Assembly: GCA_965644295.1 (NCBI GenBank)
Contig: CBFFRP010000407.1
Coordinates: forward strand, 1 to 64,000
Direction of reading: 5' to 3'
Source: Paraphysomonas bandaiensis
Taxonomy: Eukaryota > Protista > Chrysophyceae
Length of the DNA stretch: 64,000 nt
Part shown: positions 50,785 to 63,724 of the stretch, piece after piece
Layout of the letters: every line of letters begins with the position of its first letter
How positions within the stretch are numbered: the first letter of the stretch is position 1
The notes under the pieces: model-generated
The model's database searches: none
What the model was told of the DNA's origin: nothing
What the model saw: the letters and a program-made list of their open reading frames with translations, nothing else
Translations under genes and position numbers: made by a program

Positions 50785-51293
50785 AGTTTTACAAAGTTCT
50801 TTCTATCAAGGGTCGTATCGCAGTATGGTTTCAACACCCACTGACTAGTCTTAATGTACATAGGGTTATTTATCGCATCCCTTGTGCGCATAAACGCTTT
50901 TCAGAAATCAGTGACAGACAATCAACATGAGCAAACACTTCTCCATTTCATCGCACTCTGAGGTAAAATCGTGCTATTATCAAATCAAAGTATCTGAAAT
51001 TAATTTAAACAGTTATCATTGGATAACTTATCATTTCTACAAAAAAGTTATGTCCTACAGTACTTCGTAGCAAGCATGTACGGGCTACATTGCGGCCGGG
51101 TTTCTCCTTGTTCCTTATATGACATACGTAGTGTGAAGTAAATTTTTTATACACACAATTCCAGATATTTTAGTGCGGGGGTGTGTAGAGGGTTTGAGGT
51201 ACCATTTAACTCTACCACAACATTGTGGGTAATTTATATTCACGAGCCTTCTGCCATCATCCGAACATATATTGAAGATTAGGTGAAGCTGAC

Positions 51294-51815
51294 ATGAAAA
51301 TCTTTTATTTGTTTGCTTGTGTGCTTGCCATTGCTGCAGCATACCAAACCGACGACGATGCAGTGTCCCCTGCGCCAAAGCCGAAGCCCAAGCCGAAGCC
51401 TAAACCAGGACCAGGAGATCACTACCCAACCCACTTCCCCACTGCCTACCCTACACCTCAGCCAACATCTGAACCAACTCCTGGCTCGACTAATTTGGGT
51501 GATAATGTCGCCCTTGCTTCTTACTTTGGACTTGAGAACGCTACCCCCGCTGAGGATGGGTTAGTGATAGTCAGTGTTATCGCCTTGGCTGCCATTGTAG
51601 CCTTCGTTGTTATTAGAAAGGTTGTGAGTCCTCCTTCAAGCGATCACACTCCCCTCGCGGATTGCAGCGAGAGAGCCTCCCCTGTTTCATCAGTGGAAAT
51701 GGCGGAAGAAGCTCCTCCTCAACGCCAAGTGATGATGGAAGATCTTGTTAAATTGGCACAGCTGGAGGATGAGAACCTTTCTTCTGCCATGAAGAGCGCT
51801 CATTATAAGCTTTAA
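51294..51815 (+). CDS. Small type-I membrane protein with Pro/Lys and PT-repeat ectodomain
   Basis: Signal peptide MKIFYLFACVLAIAAA, then (PK)n and YPTHFPTAYPTPQPTSEPT, then the TM helix LVIVSVIALAAIVAFVVI followed by RK. Confidence 0.85.
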   Translation: MKIFYLFACVLAIAAAYQTDDDAVSPAPKPKPKPKPKPGPGDHYPTHFPTAYPTPQPTSEPTPGSTNLGDNVALASYFGLENATPAEDGLVIVSVIALAAIVAFVVIRKVVSPPSSDHTPLADCSERASPVSSVEMAEEAPPQRQVMMEDLVKLAQLEDENLSSAMKSAHYKL

Positions 51816-53971
51816 GTAGCAATTTTGATATGAAAGTGGATATACTATTCGTAGAGTTGATCAAGCCTTGTTTAGCTACTCACTGGTCATGTCGAGGTAA
51901 CGTGGCGAAATATTAATGAGAATGATGTCGCCATTAGTAAATAATAATATGTCACTGAACAGAATCATTTGTTGAGGCGCATGTGATGTGCGGCTTTCTT
52001 GTCGTTGTTTTAGAAGCATGCCTATTATATGGGGGGCAGCGACAATGAATTGTGACAAAAATGAAACAGCGATGAGTAGAAAGATTTCGTCGTTTTGTGT
52101 ACGTAAAAAGTATAGGCTATGACAAAAGTATGGATATAATCTATATGTCTGTGAGTAGGGGTTGTTGAACGTAGAGTTGTAACGAAGAAAGTAATGTATT
52201 TCCGGATAATTCACAATGACCAATATGTTGTTAATTCTAATCTTTGTTGTAGGCAATACAAACTGTGAGCGATACAGTTTGTTAAATCGGTGGACAGGAC
52301 GTGTCAAGTGCTAAGATCTCGATTTTTGAACTAATTGCCAGTTATGGTCATATTTTGTTAAAGAAAGTTACAGTCTTGTAAAATTGGCAGGAACTTGTTC
52401 ACAGGCGTAATTAGATGAGCTGTGGCTGTTGAGTTTTACTTATTTGATATATTTCCATTTCTTGAAGGATACAGCTCGTACATTCTAAATACAAAAATGT
52501 TCGATCTAACTTTAATTAATTAAGAATGTGTTGTTTTGTAAATTAAGTAAGAATTTGTATATATACTTCTAAGAATCAATCATTGAAAAGTTGGTATGAT
52601 AGTAGATGATAGCTAGTAGTCGTATTTATATACAGAACGGGAACGATTTATCTGCTCAACAATTCCTTGTGACTTTTCTTCTGGTGACTAAACCTTGGGA
52701 AATATCTGAATTAGGGTCGAGAATTATACAGTGAAAATGTACTATATAAGTGTCATATATTCAACCACGGGTAATAAGGAAACTATATCGTCCCATACTA
52801 TTTTGAAACGAAAAGTCTGAGATTGATAATTTTGATAAGGGACAAAACTCTTTTCCCTAGGTTACGTTGTAGCTTATCCTCATGCTATATTGTAGAGCTA
52901 TTTGTAGTTTGCTTGCTACAAGAAGAAATAGGCGTTCCCTGATTAACATAAAAAAGCAAATGAAAGCTCATATTGTTTTAATCAATGGAATGTATACAAT
53001 TGCACTAAATCAACTGTAAACAATAAATCCCCAAATTTCAGTAATAGCTACAACAAATGTACTCCTACCAAAGAAGAATACTGAGGGAAGAGCAACTGTG
53101 AGGTGTTGAAATTTGTACATAAGTGTGATGATTAATATAAAAAAGTGTAGTTGCACGAGGCTTCTTATTGCCTTAGTTAGCATCACCATCACATTTTTAT
53201 GAACTCGCTTAACCTCTGCTTGTTAACCTCATTTGAATGATATGTGTATGATATGAGGCACACATTCCTGATAAGCACGACGTGAGCCAAAACCTGAAAG
53301 ATCTGGGAGCTACGGCTTCTAACCACCTATTCAGCATCAGATATGGCACTTAAACTCTTGAAGTTGCTTCGAAGTCCATGTTATGAAGATAGATCGCTTG
53401 CACCGACATCATTATGACCTTTCACATCAGGCGGAGGGTGGAAGATTGAATATTGAAGTTGAATGTCTATATTTACCCGATGCTAATATGAGCGTTCTGC
53501 TGAGCCCAATTCAGGTCAAAAAATGCTTTTTTGTGACAGAATGAGGATAAGTACATATGTATATAATAATATATATATATGTACTCTCCGTGTCGCAGTC
53601 ATATTCTACTGTCATCAGTCTATACGTCTATACTGTGACAAGGAATACTGTAGGGATACATCAGGAGAAAAGACTCTTCAATCGGGTTTCTTACATTCTA
53701 AAAAATGATTAGATACTGTGGTGTATATTGTGTATTACACAACTGCATACAATTACACAATTACTGAACGATAATCTTAACAGAATCCAAAAGAAAGTTA
53801 AATTATTTAAAAAATTATACCAATAATGAAAATAAGCAAGTTAGTAATCAAATAGTCTCAAATTGAGCCTAAGCAAGTTCAATAAATTAAAAAAATAAAT
53901 GGCTCAAAGAAGTTGCCAAATCATGAAAAGAATGTTGACATCCTTGAAGACGAGGACGTCATAGTCTGATG

Positions 53972-54400
53972 TCAAGCAGATGATTTCTGGACGTTAATCT
54001 TGATCTTGTTAGGCTTTGCCTCGGGAAGTTTCGGGAACAAAACGGTGAGCACGCCATTCTCGAAGTTAGCGGTGCAGTTATTCTCATCTGCCATCTTTGG
54101 GAGCTTCAAGCACCTCTGCACGTGGCCAAACCCCCTCTCGATCCTGTGTTCCTTAACAGACCCTTGCTCGTAACATTTATCGCGACTTGCCTTCAAAACC
54201 AAGCAGTGGTTCTCAACTGAAATGTCCAAGTCCTTCTCGTTCACTCCAGGCAGGTCTGCATGAATTTGGTAGTCGTTTTCAGTCTCAATCATGTCACAGT
54301 TCATTATGGGGTGCATGTTCGCCACGTGGCCCACCGATTCTGTTAGGGGAGCAAAGATATCACGATAGAGAGGGTCACCGCGCAGAATAGACACTGACAT
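53972..54400 (-). CDS. HSP20: Small heat-shock protein (HSP20), copy 2
   Basis: 142 aa; differs from copy 1 by one residue (DKSYEQ vs DKCYEQ). Confidence 0.95.
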   Translation of the reverse strand: MSVSILRGDPLYRDIFAPLTESVGHVANMHPIMNCDMIETENDYQIHADLPGVNEKDLDISVENHCLVLKASRDKCYEQGSVKEHRIERGFGHVQRCLKLPKMADENNCTANFENGVLTVLFPKLPEAKPNKIKINVQKSSA

Positions 54401-54517
54401 AGTTGTGTAAATCTTCTCGTTAGAGTTTGATGGAGTTGTGATGGATACGCTTCGATCTTGTTTAGTTTATGACAAAACCTCTGAATTGAATGAAACCGGA
54501 TGTTTTCATCACTATAT

Positions 54518-54578
54518 TTCTAGAAATTCCACAGAAACGCCTAGAAACCCTTATTTTCTGGAAAGATCTACAGAAATT
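54518..54578 (-). promoter_or_regulatory. Heat-shock-element-like cluster upstream of HSP20 copy 2
   Basis: TTCTAGAA (54518-54525) and TTCTGGAA (54556-54563). Confidence 0.65.
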
Positions 54579-56185
54579 CAAGGATGTAAGATAGAAACTC
54601 CGTAATTTTCAGTGTTATATGTACAGTATATACTAAAAACCCGGGTTTTGTTGCTTGCTTGTATTGAAGTCAATGCTACGTGGCAGATGTATGAAGAATG
54701 CATGAAGTGTCGGGAGCCTGTAAGCAGGAAGTCACGAGCCCTTAAAGAGCAATCAGTGCTAGTTGAGAAAGAATAATCGAGACGATCCATCAGAGACACA
54801 GAGACACACAGCGACTGGTGTCTAATGCAGGGGTGTGTTGAGATCTGGAGCACAGCACGATATCATGCCCGCCGTACAAACACTCTTAATAACACCAACC
54901 GACAGGAGAAGTAGAGAAACATGGGCGCATAGTTCTATGTGTGAGGACGATATGTACCTATGTACATATCTACTGGACGTTGTTCGTTGTATGGATTGTC
55001 GTTTGTCGTAGTGGGATGGTTTGTGTCACAGACAGTGTTATCGTTTGTATCTGTGTTAAGACATGTGTTGCTGTTTGTTTGCTAGTCTACTCTGAGTGTT
55101 GAGGCGTTACTATGTATATTATGTATCACAGCATAGTCACGAGCAGAGGATAGAGTGAACTGTATACGTGTATTTCAGTCTGTAGTTTAAATTTGTTGAT
55201 CAATATTTCAATGGAGAGTAAAGCCTTTCGTCATCCGGATTCAGTAATGTGTGTATACCTGAGTGGGATGGTAGTGAGGGTAATTTATGATGATAAAGTG
55301 TAAGTTTTTGTCACACCATAGGCGAAAGTTATGTGTGTTACTATTCAATTAATCACAGATTCGGTATGATTGCAATTATCTTTAATTAAGAGTATTCTGT
55401 ATAGACATGATATTTAGTTTATTGCAATGCCAATATGGAAATATATATAATATTATATGTGTACAACACACACTACTTTTCAGTTGTTTGTGTAGTAGTT
55501 AGATCCCATTCAATTTATCTGTGATTAAATGCAAGATTAAAGGTGTGTACAGCTTTAGGTTTGAAAGTTGTACTAATCACTTGATCCTCTATCTTGCATA
55601 GTCCACTGTAAGAACACAAGAAAAAATTACAAGAACTTTTTTCAATTAAAATAATATTTTCATGTAGCTAACATAATGTAGTACATCGCCAAAAATACAA
55701 GAATACACATCATTGTATTAATTCACTTGAACAAAAAGCACTACTACCTATTCTTCGCTACACTGTTAGTATTGTACAGTTACAGTTAGATCATGTAATA
55801 ATTATTACTCAATTGTAATAAACAAAGTTGTGAATTTAAAACTGACACTAATACAAACGCTTCATTATAACTAACGTGTGTAATATAGTAACAACATATA
55901 ACATATGTATAAAACAAATAAAACTTAAGCTTCTGGACAACTAAAAAGCAACTTGCATCTTGTTAACAATAATCAATATAATATACTACCTACGATTCCG
56001 AGGCCAAAGGAAGGTCCAAACGAATGACCTTCATCCATTTACATTACCAATAAATCAGTCTGGTCACAACTGATTCATCATCAATCTATAAGGGAAGATA
56101 CATTCAGTATTATTTCATTGTAATTGATGCAAAAAAACGTACATATAAAACATATATCTACACACAACAACGTCAGGACTATATA

Positions 56186-56644
56186 CCGTCGTGAATGTCT
56201 GAGTGTTAGCAACAGGCGTGTAAGAGTCAAAACTAATTTAGGAAAGCAATTTAACTAACTAATGCTTAACTCTGATATCATATTATTTTGCGCTACGAAA
56301 GCTGCTTGTGCGTCACTAAAAGCACCAAGGTGTAACCACACTTTCGCTCTCTGTCGTTAAGGGGAACAGCCCGGATGCTTCACTTCAGTAGGCGACCCAA
56401 TACCCCGGATGACCTTGAGGTGGGCCCATTCCGGAATACCTAGTTCGTCAATGCCCTAAGACACCTACACAAGTGACACTAATTAGTTTCCCTTATACCT
56501 TGTATCACACAAGCATTTGGCAGAAAATTATCTGCTGATGACTAATGACTGTATAGGCGGCTCGTTATTTACCCGGAGAAATATATCTCCGGTACTTATC
56601 GCCCAGAACACCACTAAAGAGCTCGAGTCCGACTTTGTTAAGGG
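56186..56644 (-). mobile_element. SINE-like non-coding retroposon, copy E with 12-bp TSD (1 mismatch)
   Basis: Flanked by CAGGACTATATA (56174-56185) and CAGGACAATATA (56645-56656). It has the same 5' start and 3' tail as copies A and B, with an internal deletion. Confidence 0.8.
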
Positions 56645-57084
56645 CAGGACAATATAAAATACGTAAAGTCCAACTCTATCAGCATGGATATAAAATCCGG
56701 TATTATCCAGTAAAATTCTCGAGTCTTGCATATAAAATAGCCCGATAGCTGGTTATTACATGCATAATATCATATCAGGTAAATAACAGAGTTCAGTACT
56801 ATACAAAAGCAAAAGAAAACTTTCAAAGACTATATTCTAAGACAGAGTGGACAATTCACGAGACACGCTGCAATACGATTGACGTACGAGGTGCTAAAAC
56901 AGAAGAACGGTCACAATTTTACTCATAGAAACAACTATTCACACTCAGAATAACTACGGTGTATCCATACTATTAACTGTGGAAACAAAACGAAGCCACA
57001 GCTTTAGAGTTTTGCAACAACCTACAAATAAGAAATTATGTGAGTGCATGATGGTCTCTTTCACTCTATGCGTCCGCACACAGG

Positions 57085-60000
57085 CTATCTTATGGCCGAT
57101 TTCACTGAACGCAAGCTGTATTTCACTTTTCCGAAGCCTAGTCTTCGGTTCACATCGGCCGTATTTTTCATGGCCATTTTGGCATCAGCAATGCTTCGAG
57201 CACGAGTTGACTCTCTTCTCATCATTGGCATCTTAAGCTCTTGGTATGACAGATAGCCTTTTCTATCAATATCCAAGTCTTCAAAACGCCCGTTTATTAC
57301 ACTGATTAGGTCAGGAGGTAATGCTTCTATTCGAACTAGTATAAGGATTGCAAATTCAGTAGCATCTATGTAGCCATCACCGTCCTGTACATTGAGACAT
57401 ATCATATACTCAGAGAATTTTGGCAGGTGCTGGAGCGGCAAACAGTGACAAGTAATACCACATTACGGAAGACACATCTATATATATATAAAAACTACAT
57501 ACACGGGGAATTCTATACGACACACACCTCTATCCCAAACTTTTTCATCATGGCTAATTCTTCGTCAGTTATTCTGGCATTAACCTTATCTTCTAGTAGT
57601 TGAGACCCACCTATGGTGGCTACAGAATGCGCAGTAACGCCAAATGCAATTGCCCTGAACGCAACAAAATTAAACCGCAATCGACATATACTGCACGTGT
57701 ACAGCGCGTTTACACATGCACCACAACGAGGTTGCAAATATATCTCCCATAATGATCAGCTACCTTACAACTACAAGATAATGCACTTACATAATCGGGA
57801 CCCCAGAACAGACATATACCGCCACAAATGCGAAATACCAGTGAGGTGAATCATCCGGTATGGGCCACATACCGCCAGTTGCCATACTAGACACAGCAAA
57901 GTACAGGGCACTCACGAGCGGCCACTTCACACAACCACATCCAAAGGCTACACCCAAACAGACCCATACAAGGAATAGAATATGAGCTTTCAGTTTAGGT
58001 CCGTAAAATTTGATGGCTGCGACAATATCGTCCCAGTATCCTTCGGTATCAGCTGCCGCTTCTAAGTCGCGTTTACGCATCGCATCTACGTACCTGGAAC
58101 CAACAAAAGAGTCAGTGATTCCAACCACATCGTACAACGATGTATGTTAATATAAAAAGTAATAAAAATCTCTAGACCACAAACAGTGTGTCCTTTCGGA
58201 GATACGTATGTGCATATATACATGTGCACCATGTTACTACCAGTTGCTTTTCGCATTGACTAAACTTCTGGCAAATGCAGCCATCGCACACGCTATTGCT
58301 GCACTTCCAAATAAAAGATGCGCTGTCGTATATGCTTTGGTGTATGGGTCAGTATCCATGGGCCACCAGAATATACCTGACACATACATGAGATCGGAAC
58401 ATATTCCAAGACATATGGATCTCATGTACTAACCATAACCCACAGATACGCTCAGATATAGACCCTTCACAATTGGTAAGTCATTATTTAGAGTGTAGAA
58501 AACGGTTCCACACATAAGCCATAAAAACCTAACAGAGGAAAGCTTTGTTCAGGCCACAGTTGCGAGGATAATTACAATACCTACCATGCCATAAAAGATT
58601 GGACATATGGATCAATTAGAGTTTTATACGCGGCAAACATCAACCGCTTATGAACAGAAGTTTCTTTTGTCATCCTCTGGATATTATCAGCTGTCTTAAG
58701 TTTCCTCAAGGCAGCAACATTGGTCTTAGCCTTTACCCACTTCGAATGGGGGTCACTTTTTCTATGCTCTACACACTGGGGCCCATCAGAAATGTCAGGT
58801 GATAATGGGTGCGTGCTGTCGGCTATCTGCAGCTCTGTTGAGCTCGACTCGTCCTTAATTGTAAATCTATTGGGTTCTTGGATTTCTCCTTGATCACCGG
58901 TTGTTAACGTTGCGTTAGTACTCTTTAATTCGTCTTCATTTATGCCTTTAAAAGGCAGGGCGTCTTGAACACCATTCACCTCACTATCGTCTACATTCTG
59001 AAGGTCCAGGTCAGAAGCTTCATAGCTACTATTTGACCTCCAGCGCGTAAATTCACTAATTGGAGATTTTGTCATAGTCGTGGATTTGCATTCGTCGCTC
59101 TTTTTCTGGGTTTTATTTCGTTTCTCTTCTTGAGTATATGTATCTGAGCAGATGCTATCACCGTCACCAGAATCTTCACTTCCAGCGTGCACGACAAATT
59201 TTTCGACATTAGACTTTGATTGACGTACTCCACATTCCACATCCTCACTCCCACCTTGATTCACTGGAAATACTTTTGAGTTACCCCTGCGTGGGCTGTA
59301 ACCCTGGGGACCAATAGAACTCATCGAGTGTAGTGAAATGGCGCTCAAACCGCGAACAAATGCGTTAGAAATACCCGTCGTTAATTTTTTTGTCGCTTCC
59401 CGTGGCTTAGAAACGCGTTTCATTAAGTCCCCCGAACTCGAGAGACTCCGCAGCAACTGCATTCCTTTGGGCCTTGGTTTGTTCTTGCGGCCAAAGACAA
59501 TATCATCGTAGCTAATTCGACCTTCATGCTTTCTGTCCAGCATTCGAAAGCGTTCATTGATTTGATTTATTAGCTCTGGAGGAGCCGCTCCAATGCGAAC
59601 CACAGTTAAAATAATGAACTCTCGATTATCTATCGTGCCTGACGGAAATCGTCAGCGTGACCCAGATAATAAACAATAGAAGCTTATTGGGATCAACAAT
59701 AATAAAAATTACAATATAATCAACGTAAATAGTTGCGGGTGAAACGCGTAATATAATATATAAAGCAGTATAGTTTAAAGCTTTATATACTCACCATCAC
59801 CGTCGTCAATCCCGAATATCTTCATGAAGTCAATTTCTTCTTCTGTGACATTGGCAACTATTTTTTCATATATAGTCTGATCGTCAGGAGCTTCCATGAT
59901 TAGACTCAGCATAAGTCCTATAGATTGTATGTGGTAAGTCGCAATACAAATCATCCACTTGCACAACAACAGTGGAGTATAGTAAACATTTTATGATAAT

Positions 60001-60874
60001 ATATCTACCTAGAGATATGGCCATCAGCGGTACCCCTACAGCCGCATACAGTGCTGCAATAACGAACTTCCAATCTGAGGAGCCGTTTGGTATAACTTTG
60101 TATCCACCTCCGGAGAGACTGGATAAAACATAGTCTGCGGCTTCAGTAGAATTAAAGGTCTCAACACTGTATGTGAACCAAACTAGACCGGCAGCGAGCC
60201 AAAATATAAACAGCAATATGATTTTAAACTTTGGGAAGTAAAAATGAAAGCCTGCAATCAGGTCATCCATATAACCCTCTGTCTCACTAGCTGCCTCTAG
60301 GCGTGCTTTCTTCATTATTTGCAAGGTCCAGCTGTCTTTGTTTGCTGTCAACTGCTGTGCCATATATATTACTGCTACTCCCACAAAAACTACTCCAAAC
60401 GAAGCATGAAATATAGAAAAAAGAAGACTGAAAGCAGTATTGTACGCCTTCGTAGACATTGGAATCGACCATCCCATGGACCATCCTACATTTACACTGC
60501 ACAGAAAGACACGCAACTTAATCAAATCTGACAGTGTCATACAGCACAAGTGATACCTCATATAGAACCCAATAGCCCACCCAAAATCATCGTGTATGGC
60601 ATAGAACACAGTCCCAACAAGAAGCCATAGAGCCCTAACATCGACATGAGATATCATACACCCCCATACAAACATACCATAGTAAAACCGGGAGATAATT
60701 TTTGATATAATCAAAACTTTCAACTATCTTTGCTGAGTTCTCCAGCTCCACTATTTGAGCGGATGTAATTTCTATCACCGGCAAGCCCTCTCGTCGCATG
60801 CCCAGTGAGCGAGATGTCCTGAAGGATGGGTGTTTGGCGATCGAGGGGCGGTGTGCGGTGTTCCTCGAGCTCAT
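57085..60874 (-). CDS. Two-pore K+ channel (TPK/KCO)-like protein with EF-hands, internally duplicated (two 4TM/2P+EF modules in one chain)
   Basis: The ATG is at 60874. Module 1: WLLVGTVFYAIHDDFGWAIGFYMSVNVGWSMGW...DYVLSSLSGGGY...AVGVPLMA...DDGDGTIDNREF...FRMLDRKHEGRISY. A ~290-aa linker follows. Module 2: WLMCGTVFYTLNNDLPIVKGLYLSVSVGYGIFW...YFAVSSMATGGM...SGVPIMA...DGDGYIDATEF...FEDLDIDRKGYLSY. GT-AG introns keep the frame. Confidence 0.8.
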
Positions 60875-61538
60875 GATACCTTTAGACGACACTCTAAACA
60901 ACGCTTTTTTCGATAACAAGCACCCTGTAGACCATAAGAGTGAGCACAACTGCTATTTTTTCAGTCGATATTAGGAGGGAAATCTATCAATTAATTTCAA
61001 CCATTGTAATGACTGAACTGCCCTTGAAACCACACCATTTTGACCGTATCGCATCGGGTAGCTCACTCAATCTCTGTTATCACAGTGGGTGATACACTCG
61101 AGGAGTGTGAGAAGGTGAAAGTCGCCCTGAAATCTAGTGACTTATTCGCTGTTCACTCAGTCACTCATAGCTGTCTGCTGCTCCTGCTGTAGTGGATGGA
61201 TGTATGACGTAGTCTAGAAGTACAGCACACATCTCTGATAATACACACAGCAGTACACGATAATACAGACACTGTAGTCGACAATATGAATCCGTTACAT
61301 CTAGATATACACTGTATTAGTACGTATACTGGTATACACTCCTAAGTCCCACTCTGTACCAGTGAGGTGTACGTGTGTTTGTGTTACAGCACGGTGTTCT
61401 TGTTGAGTTTGTTCAGGTAAGAAGAGCAACCAACTCGCTCCCAGTGTGAGCAGAGGACGCACCAGCCTCTGAATCTATTGAGAATTTAGATTTACAAGTT
61501 AGAATTCTGACTGAATCAAAGCGCTCTATTTGTTTGAA

Positions 61539-62717
61539 ATGGGATCGGCAGCATCAACATCAGCTGCGTCCTCCAAGAAGTATGTTATTTCGGATTCTGA
61601 TGAGGCGCTGGCTTTGTGTCGGAAGCAACTGTCGTCTGTATTTGCTGAAGAATTTGCTAGCTTCAAAGGAGATGCTTCCGATGGAGAGTTTCAGGAAAAG
61701 ATTAACAGCATTTTAATGGAAAATCAGTCGAAGATTCTTTCCACTCTTGTGGAGTCTCCTGACGAGCAAACTACAAACAAACCTTCAGAAGAACATTCTA
61801 ACGATACTACCAACGAAGCTGACTTTACATTGACATGCAAGACTGTGGCGGATAGGATTAGTAGTAAAGGGGCGCTTACTTTTCTTTGTTGCGTGGATGG
61901 TTCAGATGCCGCGGATTTGGCATTCAAAACAGTTCTCCATATGAGGCGAAAGCGGGATATATTGGTAATGTTTCACGCGTACTGTGAAGAAAAAGTGAAA
62001 ACAACTCTTCCTAATTTTAAACCGGATGCCATACGGTCTCGTTATGAATCGCAGCTTATAGCGCAAATACCGTCGTCTCAATATGCCTTCCAGTGGGAAA
62101 CACGAGGAAACCGATCAGTGCTTGGCACTTTGATTTCTCTCCTGAAACGGTATAAACTTGATAGTCAGAAGCTTTTCCTACCAACTGCTTCGTGTCCTGA
62201 CTTCGTAGTTCTGGGGTATGCTGGGAGGAAAGGCCCAAAGTCTGGTCCCACTACTCTCGGTTCCACAGCAGATTTAGCTCTAAGATCTCTCACTGTACCA
62301 TGTATAATAGCCAAGAAACCAGCTCAAGACGGACCACGGAAGTATATAATGGCTGTTAATCGGTCACCTGAGTCCGAAACTGGCTTGGATGTCCTGATGC
62401 GACTGATTTACCCTCGAGACTCACTCATCTGTGTACATGTGACCAGAAGACATGAGAACGATACGGACGCAACTGAAGAACAAAGAGTAAAGCAATATTA
62501 TGAAACACAACTTACCCGTTTTGCACCACTAGATAGTCAGTTTATTACGCTAGATGTTCCGCTAGGAGAAAACTCGAAAGATGTACTCGTCGAATATGTG
62601 AATAACCTTGACCCTGATTACTTTGCAATTGCACCCAGAGCGAAACCAAGTTTATCCAGTATGACGGAGTTTCTCATCAAAAATATTCGCACGTCTTTAA
62701 TACTATGCAAAGCGTGA
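61539..62717 (+). CDS. Universal stress protein (two USP domains), putatively N-myristoylated
   Basis: The ATG at 61539 gives MGSAAS. USP1: FLCCVDGSDAADLAF...FVVLGYAGRKG...LGSTADLALRSLTVPCIIAK. USP2 (degenerate): YIMAVNRSPES...LICVHV...IRTSLILCK. Confidence 0.85.
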   Translation: MGSAASTSAASSKKYVISDSDEALALCRKQLSSVFAEEFASFKGDASDGEFQEKINSILMENQSKILSTLVESPDEQTTNKPSEEHSNDTTNEADFTLTCKTVADRISSKGALTFLCCVDGSDAADLAFKTVLHMRRKRDILVMFHAYCEEKVKTTLPNFKPDAIRSRYESQLIAQIPSSQYAFQWETRGNRSVLGTLISLLKRYKLDSQKLFLPTASCPDFVVLGYAGRKGPKSGPTTLGSTADLALRSLTVPCIIAKKPAQDGPRKYIMAVNRSPESETGLDVLMRLIYPRDSLICVHVTRRHENDTDATEEQRVKQYYETQLTRFAPLDSQFITLDVPLGENSKDVLVEYVNNLDPDYFAIAPRAKPSLSSMTEFLIKNIRTSLILCKA

Positions 62718-63119
62718 ACAATAGGTACATATTTGTCGTTGAATGTGAGGATTTATTTTATGTTATAAGAACACATGATAATTCGAAATTCGAAATCTCC
62801 TTCCTTATCCCTAGAGAATATATGCATATGCCTTTGTGAAAAATTTACTATCGGTCGCAGTTTATGTGGAGATTATAGAATTTTAAGTTTTAGTGAATAA
62901 GATGAATAATGACAAATAATACATATCTGTTCAACTTGCCTATTATTGTTAGAGCCCCACTCCGAGAGCGCGCCCTACTAGTAAAGTGCTAGTGTTGATT
63001 TTGATCAAATCATGGTATATTTTTTGTGTGGTGCCAAGCAAATTCCCGCTGGATCTACACAATACTTGCAACTTGCATAGCCTACCGTTGTACTGAATAT
63101 GTGCTTGGTCGATCGATAC

Positions 63120-63561
63120 TGGGTGTCAAGCTGTCGTCGTGACTTCTTGGTAGCTCTGTGGCTATCAAATGCAGCAGCAGCGTTTCTTACTTTTGCCGCT
63201 TCGACGGCCCTATCCAGTGATTCAGCTCTTCTACATTCATTCGAAATCTCGCTCTCACTTGACGATTTGTAATATTGAACATAAATAGCGTTCTTTGTTG
63301 CAGCAGGTAGTTATCATAATTGTTCAATATTATAATATATAGTAGATGAGTTATGTGAATGTGAAGAGTCGTTTATGATAATTTATTTATCAAGTATATT
63401 TTCTCAGAGACACTATTATGAGCAATATATTATATAAATACAATAGTGCAATATATTGCGAGGCCAAATTTTGCTAAAATAATAATCAATATATTGTAGC
63501 AAGAGTGCAATAAATAATTCCAATATACTGCAATCCAATATAATATTTTTAACTGGCTCTG
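63120..63561. mobile_element. hAT-like family end fragment, diverged
   Basis: Same orientation as, and similar to, 40270-40563. Ends in the degenerate TIR TTAACTGGCTCTG. Confidence 0.55.
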
Positions 63562-63724
63562 CTGGTAGCCATTCCTTGCTAGAATCTGTACAAAGTACGT
63601 ACATAAGTCTTGCTTTATTATCGAAAATCCCGCGTAATCATTATGAAGTCAAACACGGATGCGGCTGCAGGGTGGTTCTCACAGAATCTGCGGGGATCAA
63701 TATTATTAGCCAATTGTAGTATAG

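Larger units (their letters stand above)
53770..54928. repeat. Second copy of the HSP20 duplication
   Basis: Near-identical to 9098..10260. Confidence 0.95.

Noticed and set aside
51876-53708. Assorted 60-143-aa ORFs in AT-rich intergenic DNA
   Set aside because: They have non-ATG starts or AT-biased composition and no motifs. Treated as chance ORFs.
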